DNA from: a virus
Taxonomy: Duplodnaviria; Caudoviricetes
Length of the DNA: 64,000 bases
Reading direction: 5' to 3' (one strand)
IMG/VR virus record: IMGVR_UViG_3300027286_000002
Positions 28,959 to 37,229 of this stretch are shown here, piece after piece. Position 1 is the first letter of the stretch; each line of letters begins with the position of its first letter. A program made the translations under genes and the position numbers. The notes under the pieces are model-generated. The model saw nothing but the letters and a program-made list of their open reading frames with translations. It was not told the origin of the DNA and did not search any database.

Positions 28959-29874
28959 CTTTTTTCTTAATAACAGGTTTGCCATAAAATCCTGACAGCC
29001 ATAAGGTTTTTAAAAACCTTTCTTTTTGTTTATCATCTAAACGATTAGGTGTTAAAAACCATAATCTAAAAGTTTCTGCAAAATCTTCATTTGCATTATA
29101 ATGCAATTTACTTGGCAATCCCAAATCTACTTGAAAATCTAATTCTTCAAGAAATCTTTCCACTTTCCCACTCTCAAATTCAGCTCGATTAAATAAATCT
29201 AAAATTTCTTCAGGATACTCATCAAAACTGACATCACGATTTTCAGGATTTAAAAAGAACTCTTCAATATCAGTAGACAAAAAACCATCCCATGTAAATG
29301 GTTTCCTTTGACTAAGATGTTCAAAAAAAGCATCATCATCCATTTCATTTTCATTTAGGTAAAATGAAAATAAGAGAAATAGTTTAATATGATCTGCTAG
29401 ATTTTTAAATCTAATTTTAGAAATATCACCATCTACAGTAAAAAGTTCTTTGATTACTTTCATAATGAAAGGTCTATTATTTTTGAGAGCATTAAAATTA
29501 TATTCTAACCATGGGGTTTGCCAAAACTTTAATGCCTCAATATGCAGGTTTTCTTGTAAAGCATGACCTATTTCATGAATCAAGGTATTATAGTAAATAG
29601 GATACTCATTCTGAAAAACATCTGTTTTAGACGATTGGTCTATGATATACATTGTTTTTCTACTAGGTACATAAATACCTAACTCTGTACTATAATCTAT
29701 ACTTGGACTATATGGACGAAGAGCAATCCTTTGCAATACTTTTTTTAAATCCCTTACTCCTCTCATTTTTACTTTTATTAAAACATCTTCTACAATGTTT
29801 AATAACTTATTTTCGGATTCAGGATTTTCTAAAGTAGACTCTACTTTAAAACCATTGATTTGAAAGTTCTTCAT
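28939..29874 (-). CDS. zinc metallopeptidase (HExxH), distant relative of the 49.7-62.7 kb array
   Basis: LIHEIGHALQ and NANEDFAETF motifs. Confidence 0.75.
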   Translation of the reverse strand: MKNFQINGFKVESTLENPESENKLLNIVEDVLIKVKMRGVRDLKKVLQRIALRPYSPSIDYSTELGIYVPSRKTMYIIDQSSKTDVFQNEYPIYYNTLIHEIGHALQENLHIEALKFWQTPWLEYNFNALKNNRPFIMKVIKELFTVDGDISKIRFKNLADHIKLFLLFSFYLNENEMDDDAFFEHLSQRKPFTWDGFLSTDIEEFFLNPENRDVSFDEYPEEILDLFNRAEFESGKVERFLEELDFQVDLGLPSKLHYNANEDFAETFRLWFLTPNRLDDKQKERFLKTLWLSGFYGKPVIKKKAKHRLF

Positions 29875-29887
29875 TTTTTACAGACCT

Positions 29888-31180
29888 TTAAAAGTATCTT
29901 CTTTGAAATCTTGCCTGATTGGCTAACCTTGCTCGATTGGATAATCTTGCTCGATTGGCTACTTTGGTAGCATAACTGTATGGATTATTACTATCATCAT
30001 TAATATCAGTTACATTCTCAAAAAGATCTTTGTTTGGTGATGTACTATCGACTACTTTTTGTAATTCTTCTGAAGCATCATCAGTATCTTTCAATTCCCT
30101 TTGATGAGTATTCATTCGATATGCTTCATCTTGTTTAGGAATAATAATCTGTGCAATTTCATGTGGATTATCTTCATCAAATGGTTTTCTTGCTACACCT
30201 AAACTATCTGTACAAGCATTTAAACATGGCAATAAAGTCTTGATTGGTAAATCCATCCATACAACAGGCATCTTAATAGATGTATCACCACCACCTTTAT
30301 TGCTTTTTAGCCATTCTGAAATACCTTTAGCATTTTCATCTTGTACTAAATTCAATAAGGTTGGTTCATCTGGATTTGATGATAATGTTGTCATGCTTTC
30401 TGTTGAAAAAGCATTAACCAATCCAATCGCTGCCCATCTGTGATGTCCATCAATAATATAACCTTCTTTTGATACAATAGTTACATTATCAGGATCAAAT
30501 GTTGCCAATCCTTTGAATTTACCTAATAAGTAATTTTGTGCCATACCAAAGGATTTAGCAAAATTAATTTCTGATTGTGTTGGTTTCAATGAACCTGCTT
30601 TTACAGCTACTTGCTTTACAGCTACAGGCATTGGTTTATCTGCTGATCTTTGATGATATTTAGTCACACCATCATATCCTATTTCCATATCTGCAATACC
30701 TAGTTTTTTAGCTTGTACTGCATTTAAACTTGTGATCTCAATAAGTTTGCCTTGCAATTCTTTCTTAATTGATGGAATTGATGGAATTTCAGCATATCTT
30801 GCTCGATAAGCATCTTTTGGTGGATTTTGCCAATCAATAAGACCATTCTTTAAATTCTTTGTCACTACCTGTAAATTTTTACCTTCTAATACAGGCATTT
30901 CCATTCTAGGAATAGCTTTTCTTCCTGCACATAATGCAGGATCTGCACTACAAAAATCTACTTTCAATTTCGCACTTTTTGTAATCAATCCATTTGTAGA
31001 ATTTGATAACTGATTTGGATATAAAGCATATGCTAATACCAATGATCTTAATCCCATTCTATCATCATCTTGCAACTTGATATTATTTGCTCTTAATACC
31101 ATCTTTGCTGTTCTTAAAATACTACGACCTTCTGTAGATTGTAGATATGCTTTAATTTGTCTTGCTTCTCTTGTTAGCAT
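29888..31180 (-). CDS. ParB/sulfiredoxin-like domain protein
   Basis: LKPTQSEI...IVSKEGYIIDGHHRWAA; ATG 31180 after GAAAGGA. Confidence 0.75.
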   Translation of the reverse strand: MLTREARQIKAYLQSTEGRSILRTAKMVLRANNIKLQDDDRMGLRSLVLAYALYPNQLSNSTNGLITKSAKLKVDFCSADPALCAGRKAIPRMEMPVLEGKNLQVVTKNLKNGLIDWQNPPKDAYRARYAEIPSIPSIKKELQGKLIEITSLNAVQAKKLGIADMEIGYDGVTKYHQRSADKPMPVAVKQVAVKAGSLKPTQSEINFAKSFGMAQNYLLGKFKGLATFDPDNVTIVSKEGYIIDGHHRWAAIGLVNAFSTESMTTLSSNPDEPTLLNLVQDENAKGISEWLKSNKGGGDTSIKMPVVWMDLPIKTLLPCLNACTDSLGVARKPFDEDNPHEIAQIIIPKQDEAYRMNTHQRELKDTDDASEELQKVVDSTSPNKDLFENVTDINDDSNNPYSYATKVANRARLSNRARLANQARFQRRYF

Positions 31181-31236
31181 TTTGGACTGTCCTTTCTTTA
31201 TAAAAAGTTTCATCTATCATTTAAATTATAAATGAT

Positions 31237-31674
31237 TTATCTAAATCTTTGTCTTAATAAATAAAGATTGGTTTCATGTGCATTCGCTGTTGCCATAATG
31301 AAATCATCCATACCTAATGACATTTGATCTTCTAGTTCATCATAAACTACTTCAAATAAATCTTGTAGAAATTCTTCTACACATAATGCTCTATGTAATG
31401 GATCTGTTGATGCTTCACTAATAGCTTTTACTTGCATTGTCATTTCTTCCATCTGTGCATTTAAATCTACTGCTTCTGCTCCAAATTCAGCTACAATCTT
31501 TTCTGCCAAAGCATCAATTTCTTCAGGTAAGCTATTATATAACTTATCCATCAATAAATGATCTCCATAATATGGCATACCTTTGACTTGCCAATGGCTT
31601 GTCCAATGACTTAAATGTGCTGATCTTAATCCTGCTAATAACATTAACAGCATTTGTAACTTATTCGCTTGCAT
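31237..31674 (-). CDS. nested in-frame ferritin/Dps-like protein with its own RBS
   Basis: AAGGAG-7nt-ATG at 31674, exactly at the domain boundary. Confidence 0.55.
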   Translation of the reverse strand: MQANKLQMLLMLLAGLRSAHLSHWTSHWQVKGMPYYGDHLLMDKLYNSLPEEIDALAEKIVAEFGAEAVDLNAQMEEMTMQVKAISEASTDPLHRALCVEEFLQDLFEVVYDELEDQMSLGMDDFIMATANAHETNLYLLRQRFR

Positions 31675-32307
31675 ACAGGCTCTCCTTGTTTTTAATCTCT
31701 GATATTTCTCAGGATGTTTTCTTCTTTGTTTCTGATACATCTTTAGTTTAACTTTATTTTTTCTTTGATATTGTCTTACATTTCGCTTTATCTTAAAACG
31801 ATTTTTCTGATAATACCTTTTAGCATCTCTTCTTTCCTGTCCTCTTTGCTTATGTTGTCTTTCCTGCCTTCTAGGTGGTCTCCATTCTATACCAGCCTCT
31901 TTTTCTTCATAGGCTGTCATCGTTCTTCTTTGATTCAACATTGTACCTTGATCTATATATGGATGTCCATATTGATCACCCGGCACTCCTGTTGTTCTCG
32001 GACTTTGATGTAATGGCTTTCCCATAGGCTTTGGACTAACTGCATTTTCAGATCTAGGTTTGCTATAATTTGATGAATTATCCATACTGTCAGATGGTGT
32101 ATTAAAGACAGGTGGTCCCGGTCTTTTTTCATCTCGACCTTCAGGATGTCCACTCGGTAATGGCAATACTCTATCTCTTTGTGGTTTGCCATCTGCATAA
32201 TCTTCTCTACTCTTTTCAGGTTTCGTTGTATCTGTACCCGATTCAGGTTTTACAAATGTCTTTGCACCTGATAAAGATTCATCTGATCTATAAGAATATC
32301 TTCTCAT
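31237..32307 (-). CDS. fusion of Pro-rich/basic N-terminal region with a ferritin/Dps-like domain
   Basis: C-terminal HWTSHWQVKG..YYGDHLL..KLY...IDALAE four-helix-bundle signature. Confidence 0.75.
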   Translation of the reverse strand: MRRYSYRSDESLSGAKTFVKPESGTDTTKPEKSREDYADGKPQRDRVLPLPSGHPEGRDEKRPGPPVFNTPSDSMDNSSNYSKPRSENAVSPKPMGKPLHQSPRTTGVPGDQYGHPYIDQGTMLNQRRTMTAYEEKEAGIEWRPPRRQERQHKQRGQERRDAKRYYQKNRFKIKRNVRQYQRKNKVKLKMYQKQRRKHPEKYQRLKTRRACMQANKLQMLLMLLAGLRSAHLSHWTSHWQVKGMPYYGDHLLMDKLYNSLPEEIDALAEKIVAEFGAEAVDLNAQMEEMTMQVKAISEASTDPLHRALCVEEFLQDLFEVVYDELEDQMSLGMDDFIMATANAHETNLYLLRQRFR

Positions 32308-32672
32308 TTTTTACTCATATACTTTGATGCTATTCGTCTAGCACTTGGATATGGATTAAACTTACTTGCTATATCCACTAATTCTCTATCTTCATGTGGC
32401 AATCTTTGACGATAAAATCCTTCACCTAATTTGATTAAAGCATAGGTTGTCTTATCTAATGACTTTTCCATATTCTCTGATGATCTAGGTATCATCAATA
32501 ATACATCACCACATAGTCTTTGCAATTCTTCTTCTAGTTCAGGATTTTCTTTAACTGCCTCTAGTAATTGCTTTACACATACACTTATTCTATGTGCTTC
32601 TACTCTAGCTGAATTTACACCTTCACTTATTAAACTCCAGCTCGCTTGACTATTTGATTGCTTTTTCATCAT
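32304..32672 (-). CDS. hypothetical protein
   Basis: 122-aa ORF; C-terminal RRIASKY tag. Confidence 0.7.
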   Translation of the reverse strand: MMKKQSNSQASWSLISEGVNSARVEAHRISVCVKQLLEAVKENPELEEELQRLCGDVLLMIPRSSENMEKSLDKTTYALIKLGEGFYRQRLPHEDRELVDIASKFNPYPSARRIASKYMSKK

Positions 32673-32720
32673 TCACCTTTACTTTTATTCTTAAAGATAA
32701 ATGAACATATAAATATATTA

Positions 32721-33035
32721 TTAAGACAAGCCTATTAGTATTGCTATAAAGATTAATGATAAGGATACAAACATCTTAAAACTAAATCCAAAGAAATATG
32801 TGTTTAAAGATACTTCTACTATAAATAAAATCACTTGCCATATCATGGTGGCTTTCCATATATCATACGATTCTCTTAAAAACCACCATGCACTTAAACT
32901 TGCATAGTTGGTTATTAAACTCGTATATAACCACCACTGAAATGGTGTCCAATGTAAATCAAATACTGCTTTTGCATTTGATCTAAACCAATATACCAAT
33001 GCACAGAACACAATTAAACTTAAACTATATAGCAT
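32721..33035 (-). CDS. small multi-pass membrane protein
   Basis: Four hydrophobic segments in 104 aa; AAAGGA SD. Confidence 0.7.
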   Translation of the reverse strand: MLYSLSLIVFCALVYWFRSNAKAVFDLHWTPFQWWLYTSLITNYASLSAWWFLRESYDIWKATMIWQVILFIVEVSLNTYFFGFSFKMFVSLSLIFIAILIGLS

Positions 33036-33089
33036 ATCTTTTTTCCTTTATAATAAGATACCATATAGCTTGATCATATTAACAACAAA

Positions 33090-34076
33090 TTATTGTTGAT
33101 CTGCTAATGCTTTATCAATCGCTTTCACTACACCATCTGTTTCAATCGCTTTGATCTTTGCCAATGTTTCTGCATCATTGCCATATTTCTCTACTGCTAA
33201 CTTTACACGATGTTGCCAATGCTTTGATTTATCCCATGAAAATTCATCACCTTCACCAATAATCACTGCACCTGTACTTGGTTTGGCATCTAATGCTTCT
33301 ACTGTCTGTAAATCCTCTTGTAGATTTGACATCGCCTCTACAATAGGATCTAGATTTAATTCGCTTGATGGTTCTTCTGTAACAGGTACTTCTTCAGCTT
33401 GACTTAATGCCACACTCAATTCATCTTGTGTAATTGTTTGTGTATTCAAAACTTCTTCTGCACCTTGTTGATCATCTACTACTACAGGTTTCTTTACTGC
33501 ATCTCTTTGTAGATTTTCTAGCTTTGCCATTTCTTTAGTAATTTGACTTCCATCTGAAATCACTACTTTTTGCTTTGATGCTGTCTTTAATGGAATCTTT
33601 ACTGATTCTGCACCTTGTTGTGCTGATACATTATCCATTGCACTTGTTGCACCTGATACTGTTGCTCCACTCTTTGTATCTACTTTATGTACAGGACGAA
33701 CATCATCATCTTGACTTTCTACTTGCACAGGGAATTTCTTTGCAGGTACAACTTCTTTCTTTACAACATCTGCTACTGACTTTTCTTCATCATATACCTT
33801 TTGTACAGGCATTTCTTTCTTTGGTACTGATACTACAGGTTGAGCAACTTTCTTTTCTTCTACATATTCAGCTGGATCTACGATTGTTAGCCAACCTCTT
33901 TTAATACCTGATTTTAGTTCAGGCATCACAACATCTTGATTGCCTACTCTTAATGTAACACCATCAAATTCTACTACATCACCTTGATAAAGATTTCTTT
34001 CAAGTTTTCCTAAATGAATTGTAGTATTTGCCTTTACACGAATAAACACACCTTTATTGAAATTCACTTCTGACAT
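33090..34076 (-). CDS. hypothetical protein downstream of the capsid cluster
   Basis: 328-aa ORF, AAAGGA SD, low-complexity central part. Confidence 0.7.
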   Translation of the reverse strand: MSEVNFNKGVFIRVKANTTIHLGKLERNLYQGDVVEFDGVTLRVGNQDVVMPELKSGIKRGWLTIVDPAEYVEEKKVAQPVVSVPKKEMPVQKVYDEEKSVADVVKKEVVPAKKFPVQVESQDDDVRPVHKVDTKSGATVSGATSAMDNVSAQQGAESVKIPLKTASKQKVVISDGSQITKEMAKLENLQRDAVKKPVVVDDQQGAEEVLNTQTITQDELSVALSQAEEVPVTEEPSSELNLDPIVEAMSNLQEDLQTVEALDAKPSTGAVIIGEGDEFSWDKSKHWQHRVKLAVEKYGNDAETLAKIKAIETDGVVKAIDKALADQQ

Positions 34077-34153
34077 TTCATTTGTCCTTTTTTAAGGTTT
34101 GAGAAATAAACATACATAACATATATACAAATTATAAAGATTTTATCACAAAT

Positions 34154-34191
34154 AAAAAAAGGCATAGTAGTTTTATTTACTATGCCTTTTT
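34154..34191. terminator. rho-independent terminator, likely bidirectional
   Basis: AAAAAGGCATAGTA-loop-TACTATGCCTTTTT perfect inverted repeat with A/T tracts on both sides. Confidence 0.85.
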
Positions 34192-34358
34192 AAACAACAA
34201 CAACCACTCGCACTACTTGGTGGAAAACCACACCAAATAAAGGAGAAGGATTTTTTTAGTAGTGTCTTAATCACCACGACTAAAACACTACAAACAAAAA
34301 CAAACAAACAAGTTCACACAAACATTGCCTGTCCATTTATAAACATAATCCATCTCTT
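34192..34358 (-). ncRNA. candidate structured RNA / 3' trailer of the homing endonuclease gene
   Basis: 14-bp hairpin 34259-34291 with G-U pairs only on the minus strand; second hairpin 34217-34236; ends at a terminator. Confidence 0.35.
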
Positions 34359-35309
34359 TTAAGATTGCAAATGTTTTTTTCTCATACTATTCATTGTTTT
34401 TAATCCATATCTCTCTAACCACCTATCTACTGTATTATATCCTACACCTAATTCTTTTGCCATCTCATCTTTTGTATATCCTTTCGCTATCAATCCTTCT
34501 AATACAGGTTTTTTCATCTTCTGTGCTACTTTGTTATTTCTACCATCTCTATATGCAAATGTCATCTTATATGACATACAATCAGGTACATAAGGTTTAA
34601 TGATCTCAATAAACTTATCACCTTCTTCTTTCTCAAAATGAAACTCACCTGTTTCACCTTTTCTTAATTTCCATTTAGGTAATAAATTAAACTTCTCAAA
34701 GATCAGATAAGCATTGCCTCTACTACCATCTTTAGCACCAAAAGAAATAGCTGGATAATGTCCTGCCCAACCATCATCTAAATACCATATAGCTAAAGCA
34801 TAAGCATCTACCATATCCACCAATTCAGGTTTAACAACTTTCCATCCCTTTTCTCTCTCTGTATAGAATAAATCTCTATATTGGTTTAAATCACTATGTG
34901 CTTTAGTTCTAAAGATATGACTAGCAAATTCTCTACTATAAGCAATAGTTAAATCTCCTGCACTCCATTCACCCCACTTATCAGCTTTCCATTTTAAATA
35001 GTCTAGCTGTTCAGGTGAATGTCTTTCTTCATAATGAGATGCTTGTCCTCTAAAGGCAATTCTACCGTCACCTAACATAGAACCTATTAATAAGGATTTC
35101 AATTCACCTTCAATAGCAGGTGGTTTAAATCTTTCATATCTTTGTAGTGTTGGAATATTATAATCATCTCTCCACCTACACACTCTTTTTTTAGTAGCTT
35201 CATATCCTTCTTTACATAGAACTTCTGCTACTTGCTCATCTGTCAATAATAAGTTGGTATATAATTCTGATAACCTATCAGATGTAATTGGACATGGTAT
35301 CTTTTTCAT
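34359..35309 (-). CDS. free-standing LAGLIDADG homing endonuclease with HTH-like segments
   Basis: LLIGSMLGDG and LAIWYLDDG motifs; C-terminal TKDEMAKELGVGYNTVDRWL HTH; AGGAGG SD. Confidence 0.88.
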   Translation of the reverse strand: MKKIPCPITSDRLSELYTNLLLTDEQVAEVLCKEGYEATKKRVCRWRDDYNIPTLQRYERFKPPAIEGELKSLLIGSMLGDGRIAFRGQASHYEERHSPEQLDYLKWKADKWGEWSAGDLTIAYSREFASHIFRTKAHSDLNQYRDLFYTEREKGWKVVKPELVDMVDAYALAIWYLDDGWAGHYPAISFGAKDGSRGNAYLIFEKFNLLPKWKLRKGETGEFHFEKEEGDKFIEIIKPYVPDCMSYKMTFAYRDGRNNKVAQKMKKPVLEGLIAKGYTKDEMAKELGVGYNTVDRWLERYGLKTMNSMRKKHLQS

Positions 35310-35333
35310 TTATTTGTCCTCCTTGTATTTAAA

Positions 35334-35362
35334 ATTATACAAAAAATGGAAAATGGAAACAA
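35334..35362 (-). promoter_or_regulatory. sigma70-type promoter of the homing endonuclease
   Basis: TTGTTT-17 nt-TATAAT upstream of the AGGAGG SD. Confidence 0.6.
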
Positions 35363-35382
35363 ATAAATTTACATCTAAAATG

Positions 35383-35416
35383 AAAAAAGCCACTGTGCAA
35401 TTAAACACAGTGGCTT
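35383..35416 (-). terminator. rho-independent terminator after the major capsid gene
   Basis: AAGCCACTGTG-loop-CACAGTGGC followed by a T6 tract on the minus strand. Confidence 0.88.
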
Positions 35417-35458
35417 CAAAACCACGATAAAATCGAATGTTTTAATAGGTTTAATAGA

Positions 35459-36340
35459 TTAACGAGTTACTGTTAAACGAGTTAAACCACGAGGATTATA
35501 AGCCCCGATACCTAAATTCTCGAACACACTGAAACCAATTGTACGAGCCTTTGGATCATCAGCAGAAAGAACAGTCAATTCTGTACGAACAGGAATACGA
35601 CCAAACATTTCAGGTTCGCAACAAACATATACAGTGCCGGGGTTAACCAAACGACTTGTAATGATTTGTGCACCCCAAAGAGTTGCTTGCAAACCTGTCT
35701 TTAAGAGGGCGGCTTGACTTTCGATATCCAAAATGTCACGACCAAACTTTCTGATATCAGCATAGTCACGAGCATTGATAAATACACGAGCTACACGGAG
35801 ATCATGCTTTTCAATTTGTGCATAAGCATCAGCAAGTACTGCACCATTTAAAGGAGCAATAACAGGAATATCAGGATTGGTTTGACCAGCAACACCATCA
35901 AAACCTTGAGTAGCAACTGCATCAAGAATTGCAAATACTCTTTCATCTTCGGCCGCTTGGATTTGGGCACGAGCAAGGTCTTGGGCTCTTTCAATCAAGT
36001 CAAATCGTCTTTCCTTAATTTGTGTTAAAGGAATTTCAGGATTTGATGCAATTTCAAAGAGAGGGAAAATTACTCTTCGTGGCTTGGTAATAGCAAGAAT
36101 GTTTTCACCTTCTTCACCAACTACGAATGCTGTAACATCAGGATCTTTGTCATAGATTGGCAAAGCACCATCAGGTAATTGTTCTACCAAGAAAGTCTTA
36201 CGACCAACAGAGGTATAATCTCTTCTAAGACGAAGTGGTTGTGTCATAGAAGATGCAAGTTTTGCACGACCTTGAGGAGTCTTAATATAGTCAGAAATGA
36301 TCTTCTGTTTTACTGCATTATCAACATTTAAATTTGTCAT
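35459..36340 (-). CDS. major capsid protein (HK97-fold, inferred)
   Basis: Last gene of the protease-scaffold-decoration cluster, strong terminator, high-expression codon bias (CGT), and P-domain-like AQIQAAEDERVF and LWGAQII motifs. Confidence 0.8.
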   Translation of the reverse strand: MTNLNVDNAVKQKIISDYIKTPQGRAKLASSMTQPLRLRRDYTSVGRKTFLVEQLPDGALPIYDKDPDVTAFVVGEEGENILAITKPRRVIFPLFEIASNPEIPLTQIKERRFDLIERAQDLARAQIQAAEDERVFAILDAVATQGFDGVAGQTNPDIPVIAPLNGAVLADAYAQIEKHDLRVARVFINARDYADIRKFGRDILDIESQAALLKTGLQATLWGAQIITSRLVNPGTVYVCCEPEMFGRIPVRTELTVLSADDPKARTIGFSVFENLGIGAYNPRGLTRLTVTR

Positions 36341-36361
36341 TTTAACTGCTACCTTTCTTTA

Positions 36362-37003
36362 TTAAATTCTTTGGTCATAGACGAGTTCATCAGAAGATGT
36401 ATCGCCTGCAACAGTTAAAATACCAATAGTCCATGAACCACCTGCTGTGGGACCTGAACCATGATCAACATCATGTAAATCAGCATTAGCAGTAGCATTG
36501 GTCAAATAACCATTTACAGATGCAAACAATTCATCACCAATGGTATAAGCCAAATCAGAATTATCATCTTGAGATTGTGTTTCATAAAGTGTATTACCAT
36601 AAGTACCTTGTGCAGATACATAGGGTCCACGATTTGATGCAACACCGGGTTGATTGGTAAATGCAAGACCTACAGCAGTATTAATGAAAATACCAATTGG
36701 CTTTTCTTTATCATTATCAGCACCACCATTAGCACTACCTGCTGTGGGACCACCATGATAAAATTCACCTTCATCATTACGAGTAAAGGCAATAGAACCA
36801 CTTAATACACCTAAAACACCTGCTGTGAAACCACTAGCAGTTGTTTTCTTGGTGTTTGTTGTAATAACAGGTGGATTAGTTTGAGTAAAAGAATCAGCAG
36901 TCAATTGACCAACTGTATTGCGAACACCAACATGAAGGATTCGCAATGCACTATTACTTTGAGTAAATCCACCACTCGCTTGTCCAAGTAAAGAAATAGA
37001 CAT
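36362..37003 (-). CDS. capsid decoration / cement-like protein
   Basis: Gly/Thr-rich, lies between scaffold and MCP; ATG 37003 after AGGAG. Confidence 0.6.
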   Translation of the reverse strand: MSISLLGQASGGFTQSNSALRILHVGVRNTVGQLTADSFTQTNPPVITTNTKKTTASGFTAGVLGVLSGSIAFTRNDEGEFYHGGPTAGSANGGADNDKEKPIGIFINTAVGLAFTNQPGVASNRGPYVSAQGTYGNTLYETQSQDDNSDLAYTIGDELFASVNGYLTNATANADLHDVDHGSGPTAGGSWTIGILTVAGDTSSDELVYDQRI

Positions 37004-37229
37004 GATGTCACTCCTAAATCTCTGACTCTCTGTTTTCAAGAGAATGGTTTATGAAAAAAAGTTTTAAAAAGTTTAAAAGTTTGAAATTATTTTTAATAAC
37101 TTCACTTTATATACTCTTGTTTAATAGATAAACTATTAAAGATTTAATAGTCATCTACTACTTTTTCATCATCTTTTTTCACATTTATTTTAAATGCTCT
37201 TAAACATGACTACTTAAGATAACCAAATC

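Noticed and set aside
34287-34352. 21-aa hydrophobic peptide (MDYVYKWTGNVCVNLFVCFCL) as a type I toxin
   Set aside because: Weak SD, very short, and explained by the GT-rich composition. No antisense partner is evident.
34359-35309. Endonuclease as part of a group I intron or intein
   Set aside because: The MCP gene is complete and terminated upstream, the endonuclease has its own promoter and SD, and there are no interrupted exons or intein motifs.
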